Assembly (NCBI RefSeq): GCF_001194135.2
Contig: NC_068991.1
Coordinates: 71,842,577 to 71,901,142 of the forward strand
Reading direction: 5' to 3'
Length of the DNA stretch: 58,566 bases
Source: Octopus bimaculoides
Taxonomy: Eukaryota
A program made the position numbers and the translations under genes. This document shows positions 21,736 through 35,638 of this stretch, in pieces; position 1 is the first letter of the stretch, and each line of letters starts with the position of its first letter. The notes beneath the pieces are model-generated. The model saw only the letters and a list, made by a program, of their open reading frames with translations. It was not told the origin of the DNA and ran no database searches.

Positions 21736-24206
21736 AGTTAATTTATTAAATAAAAAATTCTAGCATGCTATGCTTTTTGCTTTAAAAAATGCAGCAAAAG
21801 TTGCATCACCGTTTTAATACCAAAACCAACCTCCAAGTAATGCACATGCACATAACCTGTACATGTTTTTGACTTCATGCAATGGCATAAAGGTGTAGGA
21901 TTTGTATGTGTGTGCATGTGTGCATGTGCATGTGTGTGTGCACGTGTATGTGAACTAAATTATTTCCTTATGCCTTAAGGTTTTGTGCATCTGACGCCAG
22001 TCAACAATACTCAGTGGTATGTCCGAAATAATCTCAGACTCACTAATGAGTACCGTTGACTAATGTCAAACACATGCACACACATTCACACATGCATGCA
22101 CGCCCACACATATGTACACACAACTTATATGTGGTGGTGGTGGTGGTGGTGGTGAAGATGTTGAAGAGACAGTGATGATGATGGTGTTGATGGTGAAGCT
22201 TCTGCTGGTGATTATGCTAATGATGGTGAAGACATGATAATAATGTATGATCAAGATATATATATACAAGGTTTGCTTATACAAGTCTGACCTTGGGCCT
22301 CAAACAATAATATCAAGTCAAATGAAATTCTTTGTCTGATTCTAACAACTGAAAAATCCAATGTTCTTTTTTTAGCGATTCTCTGCAATCAGGTAATAAT
22401 GAACTCTTCCATAATTCTTAATGCATCACATGTTGTAATACACCAAGTTCTTGATAAAATAAGTTATTTGAAGAAATCTTTGCTATTTTATCTCTAAAAA
22501 CTTAGCACATTAAGATAAGAAAATTTTTTAAAGAAAAAAAATGGAGAAAGAAAAATAGCAAACTTTTAAAACTTTGCTTCCATTTTGAAAATTTAGTCAA
22601 AATTTGTTTTCTTTTCAATTCCTTCCTGATTAGATTGGTGTCTATCTACACTTTACTATCTCTCATCTTCCCCTATTTCTTTGCTCTTTTTTCATTCCTG
22701 AACCCTCTTTCTCACATTCATTTTATCTGTTCATTTTCCTTCTACCTTCCACTCTTTCTATCTCTAGCTTTTTCTCCGTTCACACTTTCACCCTCTCTTT
22801 TCTCTCTTCTCACTCCTACCTCTCTCTTTCTGTCTTTTATTTCCTCTCCAGAATTCCATCTTACACCAATCTTTAACTAAACTTGTCATCATTCATGGCT
22901 CATGTCCTGAATTACTGCAATAAGCTGTGTTCTTCAGATTAATTTAGAGAAAAGCCTACATAAGTAGCAGATATATGTGGTAATAGTCATGTTTCGAAAC
23001 ACTGCAAGCAGATAGATAAGACTTTTGAAGCTTGTCACTAAAGATATTAGTTATGTAAATAACCATTTTATTTGTTTCGGGGTCAGTTGCATTTAACTAG
23101 ATTCTTGAGTGGTAACTTTTTAATGATGTTACACTTAGCTTAAATTATCTCCATCCTATAAATTTAACTGTCTCTGATTAGCTTTTTGTTGTTATTGATT
23201 TCAGTACAAGCAAATTTGCTAAATGGGTATGGCAAAGGATATAGTAGACATAGGCCTCTCCATATGGTTGAGAAGTTTGCTTTGTAACCTCATAGCTTCT
23301 GGTTCAATCCCACTGAAAGCAGCTTGGTCAATCGAATGTCTTTTATTGTAGCCATCAGATTGATCAGTGCCTTGTAAGTGGAATTTGATTGATGGAAATT
23401 GTGTGGAAGTTTGTTTCGTGTGTGTGTGTATGTGTGTTATATAACATGTAACCCAGTACAACCTGCTGTATGGTCAGGGCTGTCAGTAAGTAAACCAGTA
23501 CCCTTATCAAACCTGCTTGGTAAGGAGGGTGGCTTTTATTGGACACCCCATAAGATGAAAAACAAAACCAATTAAAGAGTGGATGAACTCAAGTAGAGAC
23601 AACAAACACCTAACAACTAAGATAAAGAGAGACCCCTAGTCTTTGTTTAGATATCTCTCTAGGAGAAGAAAAACACAAATCTAAGACCCACAACTTGGTT
23701 TGGCTCCAGTGATGCAGAGTAGTTCTTTTTGAGCAAATGCATTTGTTGTTTAGAAAGTGTAATTGACCTTGTACAAGACCTTCCCTCACTTTAAAAAAAC
23801 TTCTGGCACAGGCATCACTTCATTTTAAACATCTCCAGTATGTGTTACATACTATGGCTGGCTGTGGTTGAAAAAGACAAAAAAAAAAAATACAGTGAAA
23901 AATTCCATGATTGGGTGAAGGCATGTGCCATTGTGTGTGTGGTGATTATATGAACACCTACTATAAGAGGTACCCATCATTGCCACATCTGTACAAAAGT
24001 GTGTAGGTCTCTAGAAGGACTGAAAAACCACAAAACCACATCTTTGCTGCTTTAAGAGAACAATCAAACAGTGGCATTGCTTGAAATTGAGTTGCAGTCA
24101 AAATGTGTGTGTGTGTGTGCATACATGTTGCAGTATAAGAAATGAGGAAACCATAAGTTGTCACATCACACAGTGTTTATTCCCTATAAAATTGTATGCG
24201 TATATA

Positions 24207-24410
24207 CGAGGGGTGGGGTGCTGAAAAGTTCCTGGCTTTAAGGACATCTTAAAAGGCCAGGTTGGAAGTCGAACCTTACAGGTTCTTCTTCAGGGCTTAG
24301 AAAAACTGAAGGACCACTGCACCAAGTGTGTGAATCTGAGAGGGGAATGTGCTGAATAAAATCATAATTAACTGATCCTCCTGTATTTTTTTTTTACCCA
24401 AAGCCAGCAC
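24207..24410 (+). mobile_element. Non-autonomous mariner derivative
   Basis: TA + CGAGGGTGGGGTGCTGAAAAGTTCCTGGCTTT left end; remnant LQGLEKLKDHCTKCVNLRGECAE* resembles the mariner C-terminus. A second fragment lies at about 55775-55915 (minus). Confidence 0.75.
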
Positions 24411-26029
24411 TCCAGTTTGGCAGGACTGGTAAAAAAAAGAAAAAAAAAACTGTTCTGCTAAGGAAGTCTAATGAGGCAGAAACTCGCTTTGAAATGTCTC
24501 CCTTCAGCATGCCACCAATCTATTTTTATTTAATTTCTAATTAATTTAAATGCCAGGGAAGGTTGTCTCATGACCAGAATTAATGAGGTTTTTTATTTTG
24601 TCTTTTTTTTTTCCATTCATCAGTGCAGGAATAATTCTAATTTATTATATTTTGGAACAATGAAACTCAAAGCAGATAAGGCTATAAATAATAGCATGTA
24701 AATATTGTGCTAGAATCCCCTTTTGGATAGCAGGGGTTGGAGACTACCCATGGAATTTGAACCCACGTCTTCAGTAAATATGATAGACATTCTACCATTG
24801 GATTATAGTAATCTTTTGAAATTTTGAGAATCATTGTTGACATCATAAGAATTTAGAAACTTTGAGAGGACATGAAATTTTCCTTGGAATAATGGATCTT
24901 GAAGCATGGAAAGCTACAAATAATAGCATGTAAATATGGGATTAAAAGACCCCTTTGGACAGAAAATGTCAAAGGATGCCCATGGGACTTGAACTCATAT
25001 CTTCTGGAAATGACACAAGCGTTTTTTACCATTGGGCCAAAGCAAATTTACTATATTAATTCCATCAACACCAACTTTTCTGTTTTTCTTGCCAAACCTG
25101 TCCATAAATATCAAATCACGCTCCCCATCTTTTACTTGTCATCATTATTTATATACTTTAAGAAGAATTTTGATTCTGGTTTTAAGGTTTGTTTTCTTTA
25201 TATATATGTGATGGAATGAAAATTGGAAATTTCTTTTTCAATCAACAACCATCTTTTATTTTTTTTTATACTTGTTGGTTAAGTCGTTAGCACAGTAATG
25301 TACAATTGCAGAGAAAGGAAATTATTATTATTATTTTACTATTATTATTATTATTATTATTATCATCATTATTATATGTTTGACTTATGCTTTGCATTTG
25401 TACAAGTTGTACAAAGAATTTAGCAAAATAACTTGGTTATCATTAAGCTAGTGTTAGGAACATGAACTGTGACTAAGGTTTGGTGGAAGATTTTAATTCA
25501 GAACTTATCAAAACAAGACATTTGTACTACAGAGCCCAGAGGTGGTTTCAGCCAGGTTGGTATCAAAAGGGTTAAGCTTCTCTGTCTTGGATATGACTGT
25601 GTTGTGAAAGGTAGATAAAATAATTAATCTGAAAAAAAAAATCCAATTATCTTTGTTTTGTTAAAACATTAGTTTTTCTCTTCAATGGTAACTTGGGGAA
25701 TCTAAGGAAACCAGTAATGATTGACATCAATAAAAGTTTGTCGGTTATTCTTTTACTCTTGTGTCAGTCATTGAACTGTAACCATGCTGGGCTACCATCT
25801 TGAAGTGTTTAGGCAATCAAACCAAACCTGGTACTTATTCTAAAGCTTCTTAATAAGTGCAAAGACCACCCAAGTTAGGTTAAATCATCAGTCCTCAGAA
25901 TTATCAGCCTGGTTTTTCACATTTTTGGGGGGAAATAACAGATATATGCTTTACTTTTATTATTTATTTTATTACACGACAGAAAGGTAAAATTGGACGC
26001 TGCAGGATTTGAACTTGCAATCTAATGGT

Positions 26030-26555
26030 TCTCTTTTTATTTCTTTTATTTGTTTCAGTCATTTGTTCTTTCAGTCGCTCTTCGTTTACTCTCTCTCTTT
26101 TTTTTTTTCTCTCTCTTTTCTTCACACTTTCTTTCTCTTGCTTTTCTCCATTCGCGCTTTCACCCTCTCTTTTCTCTCTTCAGTCTCTCTACCTTTCTCT
26201 TTCTGTCTGGAGCACCGCCTTTATAGTCGAGCAAATTGACCCCAGGACTTATTCTTTGTAAGCTTAGTACTTATTCTATCGGTCTCCTTTACTGAGCCGC
26301 TAAGTTACAGGGACATAAACACACCAACATTGGTTGTAAAGCGATGATGGAGGGCAAACACAGACACACAAGCATATACATAAACACATACACGATGGGC
26401 TTCTTACAGTTTCTGTCTACCAAATCCACTCACAAGGCTTTAGTCGGCCCAAGATTATAGTAGAAGACACTTGGTCAAGGTGCCATGCAGTGGGATTGAA
26501 CCTGGAACCATGTGGTTGATAAGCAAACTACTTACCACGCAACCACTCCTGCACC
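26030..26555 (-). mobile_element. Family A SINE interrupted by a CT-rich insert (about 26070-26205)
   Basis: The SINE tail is split between cagtcatttg and tggagcaccgcc; CpG-decayed. Confidence 0.75.
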
Positions 26556-27709
26556 TATATATAACTAATTATTAATTGTGAGGTATTTTGTCGGATATTC
26601 TACAAATTCAGCTGACTGATGGCCCAATGATGGTGGTGATCATGATGATGATGGCAATGGGGTTTCTTTCCCCCCCCCCTACTCATTGGCACAAAGTAGC
26701 AAGCTTGTTGGGTGGCACTTCTATAGGCAATTGACTCAACCCTATTATATGACTGGTATGTATTTGGTTGGCCCTCAGAAAAATGGAAGTCAAAGACAGC
26801 TTCACCTAGTTTTGAACCCTGAACACAAAACACGCTTGGGGAGACTTTTCTAACATTTATGCCCCACCCTGCAGTCTACACTGCTATTCTGAGGTGGTGG
26901 TGGTGGTGATAACAGTGATAGTTGTGGTGTTGGTATGATGACGATATTATGACAATAAACACATACATGCACACACACACACACACACACACACACTGAG
27001 TAAATTATATGCCCCTCCCCACTAAATGCAAAGAGCAAAGTGTAGACACCTATTTCGAAACAATTAGAAGGAAGGAAATTTGATGGATTATCTAACATTC
27101 TAGAGAAATCTCACATAATAATAATGATAATAATAATAATAATCCTTTCTAGTATATGCACAAAATAATGTATATCTATGTATTCATAAGCACACACACA
27201 AATATATATATATATATATACACACACACATATATATGTATGTATGTGTATAAATGTATATGAATGTATATTTGTATGTATATATGTATATATATAATGT
27301 GTAGTGTGTGTAAAAGCTAGAAAATATATAAAGAAAGTCTTATATAAATAATACCTATATCGCCAATAGATTTTCTATGAAAACAAACTTATGAATAAAG
27401 TAAACATTTACCGTTTTTACTTTTATCTGAGAGATAAAGCTCGCATATTCAAAGAGGAAATGAGGATGAGAGGGAATGGTAGGGCTGCAAGAACGGGAGG
27501 AAGATGCCAGTTGAGTCATAAAGGAAGATCACTTGAAATTTCATCGAGTTCTTTAAGCTGAAGACATAGAAGGAAAATAGAGGATGAAGGAATCCTTTGT
27601 GATGAAGGAATCTTATATGGCTGTCAGATGTCATGGTGATGTTATAGCTATCTTTGCAATCTGTCAGTGTTATTATTTATGATAGCATATTGGCTACACA
27701 ATGATGGAT

Positions 27710-27940
27710 TGGCACAAGGCAGTGGATTGGTAGAATCGTTAAAGCGTTGGACAAAAATACCTTGACGTATTTGTTCCAGTTCACCATGTTCTGAGTTCAA
27801 ATCTGATTGGGATTTGCTTTTTCTCCTAATAGAGTTGATGAAATGAAACTCCAGTCAAATGGTGGAGTTGCATTTAATCCAACTTTCACCCCAGCTTCTC
27901 TAAATTTGTGGCCTTGTGCCAAAATTAAAGATTATTATTC
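27710..27940 (+). mobile_element. Old family C SINE
   Basis: GAGTTCAAATCT B-box, decayed Meta domain, ggccttgtgcc tail. Confidence 0.6.
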
Positions 27941-28263
27941 AGGGAGGCTTGAATATACCCCCACCACAATGTTCTTAACTGACACACACAGGCTTAACCA
28001 TACACACACATGCATATACATGTGCACATGAATGTATACACGCATTCACATGTGTGTATGTGTACACAAGCCAATGTAAGAGTGTCAATTTGGTTGTTTA
28101 ACCTGTTAGAAATAGCAACCAAATGATCTTCAAATCTTGAAAAAGAGGGACACATTAGATAGTGTATTCCAAGATGCACTATGTCTGACTGAAAGATGGC
28201 ATGTTTGTGAGTGGAACATCTTTATGTATAATAGGTTTGTTCAGTCAGCTGATCTTGGACTAA

Positions 28264-28297
<34 letters not shown>

Positions 28298-29730
28298 ATG
28301 TGTGTGTGCACATGCGTTTGTGTATATGTATGTGTATATGTGATTGAACTCAAATATGATTAATGCTGATAATTCACATGTCATCATCTCAGCCTGTCAG
28401 CACCATATAATTGAGTCACTCTCAAAACAAATATCAATTAGTGGTCTGAGGTATATATATGCAAATAGCATAAAATCTATCTTCTCATGTGCAACAACAC
28501 CACATAAGTAAAATAATGCTAACAGCAAAATATCGCTATCCACCTTTCTCATTCACCTGCAGGGCAATTTGTTTCACCTGCTTTTAAGTCACTGAGTCTT
28601 TATTTTTTAACACTTTGACATCTTAAAGGAGCTTTTCTTGCAGGAAACTCCACAATCAGTAAGCATTTAAACAAAACACATGCATTAAGTGTGTGTGTGT
28701 GAGCTTGTATGTGTATGCATATGTGCATGCATGCAACCCAAGTGTGTGTATCTATTCACATAAGAATCTCAGATGGAGAATTTTCACAATGTCTTACAGA
28801 TCTTCACTGTGCTACTAAAAGATTGGATTTGGATGAGAATCAGCATCAGTTTCTTTTGCTCTTTCTTCCTGTAACCAAGTGTTTCTAGGTTTTTTGTGCA
28901 AGTTTGTTGGTACATACCTTCCCAAATGCACCTTTTATGATAGGTAAAAAAGAGAATTCAGAGTCAGCATGCATGTATGTATGTGTGTGTGTGTGTGTGT
29001 GTGTATGTCATTATTCAGTTTATTTCAAGATTTCTTGCCAATAGAGAAAGANNNNNNNNNNTGTATGTGTGTGTGTGTGTGTGTGTGTATGTCATTATTC
29101 AGTTTATTTCAAGATTTCTTGCCAATAGAGAAAGAACCGGTTTCTAACCTAGATCCAATGATCATTCACTGCAATTTCAACATCAACAACAGGGTATTTT
29201 TGTTTGTTTGTATGTATGTATGTATGTATGTGCAAATTTGTATGTTTTATGCATATATTCCCATGCATATAGTTACATATCTAGACATGCTTATATATAT
29301 TTAAATGATAAACTTCTGGAAAGTTTTACAGATTTTTACAGTGCTAGTGATGGATTTGATCTGTAGTCTTTGAATTAGCTTTCTCCTTTCTGATGTTGAG
29401 AAGCCTAATTTCTCAAGATTGTTATTTAAGCAGTGTGTTACATATCTCAAAGCCCCAATAATTACAGGTATAAACCTGAACTTTTAATCTGGATAGAGTA
29501 ACTGCAGATTACTCAATAGTTCAGCGTAGGTATTCTCTTTTTCACTGATCTTCAGCTTTATGTTAACCTCCACTGGGCAACTAATTTCCACAACTATGCA
29601 GTTTCTCTTCTCTATCCCAATGTGTGTATGTATGTATGTATGTGTGTAAGCATGTATGGTTACATACAATAATGTATGTATGTATATATAGAGACAGACA
29701 CATGCATACATTCATATTTAATGATGGTGG

Positions 29731-29763
<33 letters not shown>

Positions 29764-32084
29764 GCATCAAAGCTTTTGTTTTGCAGAGCAGTATTGTGAT
29801 GATGAAAATAGCTCTGTGAAGTTATTTAGATCTTGGCAGTTTTCAATAACAAAATGTCACATGGTATTCTGGAAAACCATTGTTATGATGTCTGTCTGTT
29901 GTTGAATGAGGTTGTAACAACTATGTATTTTAGCAGTGGAAGTCTGAGCTTAGCTGTTAGACAGACAAACCCCACCTCTTCCTCCTTATCACCCCCTCTC
30001 TCCCTCTCTCTCTCTCTACTATCAAATATCATATTTACATTCAACAAACTCTCTAAAACAAGTGATGTGATGATGATGATGACATAATAATATATTGTAT
30101 CAGTTTCTCAGCCATAGAAACAGAAGAATAAAGAGTATATTAAATACCGGCTTTGTACTGATTTTGTACAGCAGCGATGGTGGTGGTAGAAGTGCTGGTG
30201 GTAGTAGATGTACCGATTGTTGTAAATGACGATGTTGATGATGACAACAACAATGACGGCAGTGGTGATGCTGATGGTAGTAATAGGGCGCTGATGATGA
30301 TGATGGTGATGACGACGACGATGATGATGATGATGGGGTGATAATGTTAGGGATGGAGTTGCTGCTTTTGATGATGTTGATGATGATGCTGGTAACGATG
30401 ATGATGATGATGACGATGACAACTATAATGGCAATGGTGGTGGTGATGGTGGTGGTAATGGGGTAAAGATGTTGGTGATAGGTTTGCTGATTTCAATGAT
30501 GATGATGATGATAGCGATGATGATGATTTAGTTTACCTCAGAACCACCCAATTCGTTCCTAGTTTGTGATTTACAATTACTTAAAGCTTGACACTTACAG
30601 CTGAAGGTCACTCGGTGCTTAGTAAATGGTCTGTAGAATGGAATGACCCTTTCCATAGTGGAATGCACTGGCCCCTTTTCAAAGATGCTGTATCACATCT
30701 ACAGCCTGGTTCAAAATATCAACTTAAAATGAAGAAAAGTTTCAAAAAAAAAAAAACAAGAAAAACCCATGAAAATACCAAGATATACAGGTATAGAGTA
30801 TATCTTAAAATTTATTCGCATTTACCCTCCTGTCTTCTAATTATCTTCCTCCTCCTCCTTTGCTTTTGGTTCTTTTGGGGGATTTTTTTTTTTAAATAGA
30901 TATCTCTGCTTGAAGATTTGCTAACCATTTTAAGATTTACAAGGAATCTTTTCAGGAAAAGGTCAGGGGAGTTTAATATGAATCCTGGCGTGTAAACAGT
31001 GCACTCTTNNNNNNNNNNNNNNNNNNNNNNNNNNNNNNNNNNNNNNNNNNNNNNNNNNNNNNNNNNNNNNNNNNNNNNNNNNNNNNNNNNNNNNNNNNNN
31101 NNNNNNNNNNNNNNNNNNNNNNNNNNNNNNNNNNNNNNNNNNNNNNNNNNNNNNNNNNNNNNNNNNNNNNNNNNNNNNNNNNNNNNNNNNNNNNNNNNNN
31201 NNNNNNNNNNNNNNNNNNNNNNNNNNNNNNNNNNNNNNNNNNNNNNNNNNNNNNNNNNNNNNNNNNNNNNNNNNNNNNNNNNNNNNNNNNNNNNNNNNNN
31301 NNNNNNNNNNNNNNNNNNNNNNNNNNNNNNNNNNNNNNNNNNNNNNNNNNNNNNNNNNNNNNNNNNNNNNNNNNNNNNNNNNNNNNNNNNNNNNNNNNNN
31401 NNNNNNNNNNNNNNNNNNNNNNNNNNNNNNNNNNNNNNNNNNNNNNNNNNNNNNNNNNNNNNNNNNNNNNNNNNNNNNNNNNNNNNNNNNNNNNNNNNNN
31501 NNNNNNNNNNNNNNNNNNNNNNNNNNNNNNNNNNNNNNNNNNNNNNNNNNNNNNNNNNNNNNNNNNNNNNNNNNNNNNNNNNNNNNNNNNNNNNNNNNNN
31601 NNNNNNNNNNNNNNNNNNNNNNNNNNNNNNNNNNNNNNNNNNNNNNNNNNNNNNNNNNNNNNNNNNNNNNNNNNNNNNNNNNNNNNNNNNNNNNNNNNNN
31701 NNNNNNNNNNNNNNNNNNNNNNNNNNNNNNNNNNNNNNNNNNNNNNNNNNNNNNNNNNNNNNNNNNNNNNNNNNNNNNNNNNNNNNNNNNNNNNNNNNNN
31801 NNNNNNNNNNNNNNNNNNNNNNNNNNNNNNNNNNNNNNNNNNNNNNNNNNNNNNNNNNNNNNNNNNNNNNNNNNNNNNNNNNNNNNNNNNNNNNNNNNNN
31901 NNNNNNNNTTACCGTTAAAATACTTCTCAGATGTTTTCAGAATAGTTTAAATTTCAAATTGATGACTTGCTCATTGAGCAACAAATTTTTTCTAATTCAT
32001 TTTCACTTGGAAATTATGACAGAAAAATGTTCTCTAAAGCTGCACAAAATCTCATTTATTTTCTGAGTTAGTTTTATGATATAC

Positions 32085-33402
32085 TCCTTTACTCTTTTAC
32101 TTGTTTCAGTCACTTGACTGCGGCCATGCTGCAGCACCGCCTTTATAGTCGAGCAGATCGACCCCAGAGCTTATTCTTTGTAAGCCTAGTTCTTATTCTA
32201 TTGATCTCTTTTGCCGAACTGCTAAGTTACAGGGATGCAAACACCAGCATTGGTTGTCAAGCAATGCTGGGGGGACAAACAGACACACAAACATACTCAC
32301 ACACATACGTATATATACATATACAATGGGCTTCTTCCAGTTTCCATCTACCAAATCCACTCACAAGGCTTTGGTCGACCCGAAGTTATAGTAGAAGACA
32401 CTTGCCCAAGGTGCCACGCAGTGGGACTGAACCCGGGACCATGTGGTTGGTAAGCAAGCTACTTACCACACAGCCACTCCTGTGCCTTATATATATATAA
32501 GTTATGTCTTTTTTTCAACTTATTACTCATCTTCGTAAATTAAAACCATTATAGTTTTCTTTTTATTTTATTTTATTTTATTTCATTTTATTTTATTCAT
32601 GTGTTCAGATGTGGCTGTGTGGTAAGAAGTTTGCTTCCCAGCCACATGGTTTCAGGTTCAGTCCCGCTAAAAAAGCCTTCTTTAACATTTGCTATTCATG
32701 CTGGCCTGGATTGGATGGTGTGGCAAGCCAGAGGACTGTACCAAGTTCCAGTGTCGGATTTGCATGGTTCCTACAGCTGGATCCCCTTCTTTATGCCAAC
32801 CATTTTACAGAGTGTACTGATTGTTTTTTCCATAGCACCAACACTAGTGAGGTCACCCAGTAACATGCAAGACCAGACTCCCCAGCTGAATGAGAGCATA
32901 ATATCATATAATACAATATCATATAATATAATACCATATAATATCACTCTCTTTTGGCAAACTACTAAGTTACGGGGACATAAGCAGATGAATGTCGGTT
33001 GTCAAGCGATGGTGGGGGACAAACACAGAATCACAAACACATGCACACGTACACACACACACATGCATATATATATATATATATACAACAGGCTTCTTTC
33101 AGTTTCCANNNNNNNNNNNNNNNNNNNNNNNNNNNNNNNNNNNNNNNNNNNNNNNNNNNNNNNNNNNNNNNNNNNNNNNNNNNNNNNNNNNNNNNNNNNN
33201 NNNNNNNNNNNNNNNNNNNNNNNNNNNNNNNNNNNNNNNNNNNNNNNNNNNNNNNNNNNNNNNNNNNNNNNNNNNNNNNNNNNNNNNNNNNNNNNNNNNN
33301 NNNNNNNNNNNNNNNNNNNNNNNNNNNNNNNNNNNNNNNNNNNNNNNNNNNNNNNNNNNNNNNNNNNNNNNNNNNNNNNNNNNNNNNNNNNNNNNNNNNN
33401 NN

Positions 33403-33442
<40 letters not shown>

Positions 33443-35000
33443 TTATATCATCATCATCATCATTTAACATCCATCTTCCATGCTGGCATGTGTTGGGCAG
33501 TTTGACAGGAGTTGGCAAACCTGAGAATTGCACCAGGCTCCATTGTCTGGGAATACAAATACTATTAGAATTAAATTTTATTTTCATCAGTTTCTGGTAC
33601 CTAAATAGAAATTTCATCATCTTATTTATTTTTATCTTCTTCACGATTACACTATCTCTGTTATTTTTCTTCATACTTCTCATCACCAATTCAACATTTA
33701 CATATTTATCTTTTGAAGCTGCTATTTATAAGCTGTTTCATATTTATAAGTAGGTTTGCACACTAGCACGCTTCCACGTGTCATCACTACTACCCTGTGA
33801 CATTCCATCTATTCTATACCATAACTATTTCCTAACACACCTACCTTCATTCAAGATATCCAACCACCAAAAAATAAGGTGCCTCTATTGTAGCCTGGTT
33901 TGTTTGCTTGATTACATGTTTAATTGTTTCTATGTCTGATTCTATTCAAGCAGAGACTATTAAAGTTATTAACGATCATAAATTAGTCTTTTACTGGTTT
34001 ACTACTTTCATCGAGTACAGTGTGGCCATACTGAGTATCTATCACTTTTTACTTGTTTCGGTCATTGGACTGTGGCCATGTGAGAGCACTGGCTTGAAGG
34101 GGTTTAGTCGAAGAAATTGATCCCAGGGTTTACTTTAAGTCGAATATTTATTTTATCGCTCTCTTTTGCTGAGATGCTAAGTTATAGGGACATAACAAAC
34201 CAACCCCAGTTGTCAAATGGTGGTGAGGAACAAATGGAAAAGAAATACATGTATGCATGCATACACATACACACATGCACACACACACACATACATACGC
34301 ACACACATACGCACACAACAGGCTTCCACACAGTTTCAGTCGACCAAATTCACAATTCACTCACAGGGTATTGGTCAGCCTGAAGCTATAATAGAAGACA
34401 CTTGCCCAAGGTGTCATGCAATGGGATTGAACCTGAAACCACATGGTTGCAAACCAGACAGCCATACCAATACCTATTGTGTAAAATCAAAAAAAAATAA
34501 TAATTAATAGGCACAGGTGTGGCTGTGTGGTAAGAAGCTTGCTTCCCAACCACATGGTTCCAGGTTCAGTCCCACTGCAAGGCACCTTGGGCAAGTGTCT
34601 TCTACTATAGCCTTAGGCTGACCAAAGCCTTGTGAGTGGATTTGGTAGATGGAAACTGAAAGAATCCTATCGTGTATATATACATATGTGTATCTGTGTT
34701 TGTTCCCCACCATTGCTTCACAACCAATGTTGGTGTGTTTTTGTCCCCCGTAACTTAGTGGTTTGGCAAAAAAGACCGATAGAATAAGTACTAGGCTTAC
34801 AAAGAATAAGTCCTGGGGTCAGTTTGTTCGACTGAAGACGGTGCTCCAGCATGGCCGCAGTCAAATGACTGAAATAAGTAAAAGAACAAAAGACTAATTA
34901 AATTCAGCCCCCAGTTCTGCCAAATATCCAATAAACACTTGATTTAACAGATTAATAAGGTGGGGGTGGTGTTCGAATTATTGGTGAAAGTCTGTTAAAT
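32085..35000. mobile_element. Cluster of family A SINEs: 32085-32485(-), 32620-32680(+), 32950-33108(-), 34040-34465(-), 34508-34895(+)
   Basis: Matches to the family A consensus with frequent CpG decay. Confidence 0.8.
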
Positions 35001-35512
35001 CTAAGGTAACCTAGGAAACTACACCTTCTCTCTCTTTCTCCCCCTCCCCCCACTCCCCCACAGATTTCACTCATGCACATTACACATCCTGTCTCTGTTT
35101 TATCCAAATTATTCATCACCCTTTTCGCACTNNNNNNNNNNTTTTCGCACTCGGCACCGTTAGCATTTCACATTTTTCCCTCTTTATTTATTTCTCTTTA
35201 CCTTTGTTATTTGTTTCTACGTTATGCTTCTTTGCCCTTCGGCTCCAATATCACTTTCGAACAGGTCTTCCCTCTCTCTCTCTCTCTCTCTCTCTGTTGC
35301 TCTCTTTTTCCTTCTCTCTCTCTCTCTTTCCTTGTCTTTCTCTTTCTCTGTTGCTCTCACTTTCCTTCTCTCTCTGTTGCTCTCTCTTTCCTTGTCTGCT
35401 TTCTCTGTTGCTTTCTCTTCCTTTTCTTCTCTCTCTTTCCTTCTCTCTTTTTTCTCTTTCCTTCTCTCTCTTTATCTTCCTTTTCTTCTCTTTCTTTCTC
35501 TCTCTCTCTTTC

Positions 35513-35550
<38 letters not shown>

Positions 35551-35638
35551 GAGAATATACAAATAATAACAACAGACGAGGACAGGTGGTGTAAATAACA
35601 AAAGTATATATTAGTATGACGCTCGGGAATACGGAAAG

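Noticed and set aside
28770-28935. Open frames on both strands, including a minus-strand GAFGK micro-exon and VHLGRYVPTNLHKKPRNTWLQEERAKRN*
   Set aside because: The readings are mutually exclusive, the acceptors are weak and no homology is recognised. Unresolved without RNA data.
28975-29135. Direct duplication across a short N gap (also 51347-51424 vs 51530-51605)
   Set aside because: Typical of unmerged contig overlap, so an assembly artefact.
30599-30722. Exon-like block (plus-strand EGHSVLSKWSVEW..HWPLF; minus-strand acceptor/donor pair with an RVTF motif)
   Set aside because: The best minus-strand splice pair has stops in all three frames, and the plus-strand frame lacks a good donor.
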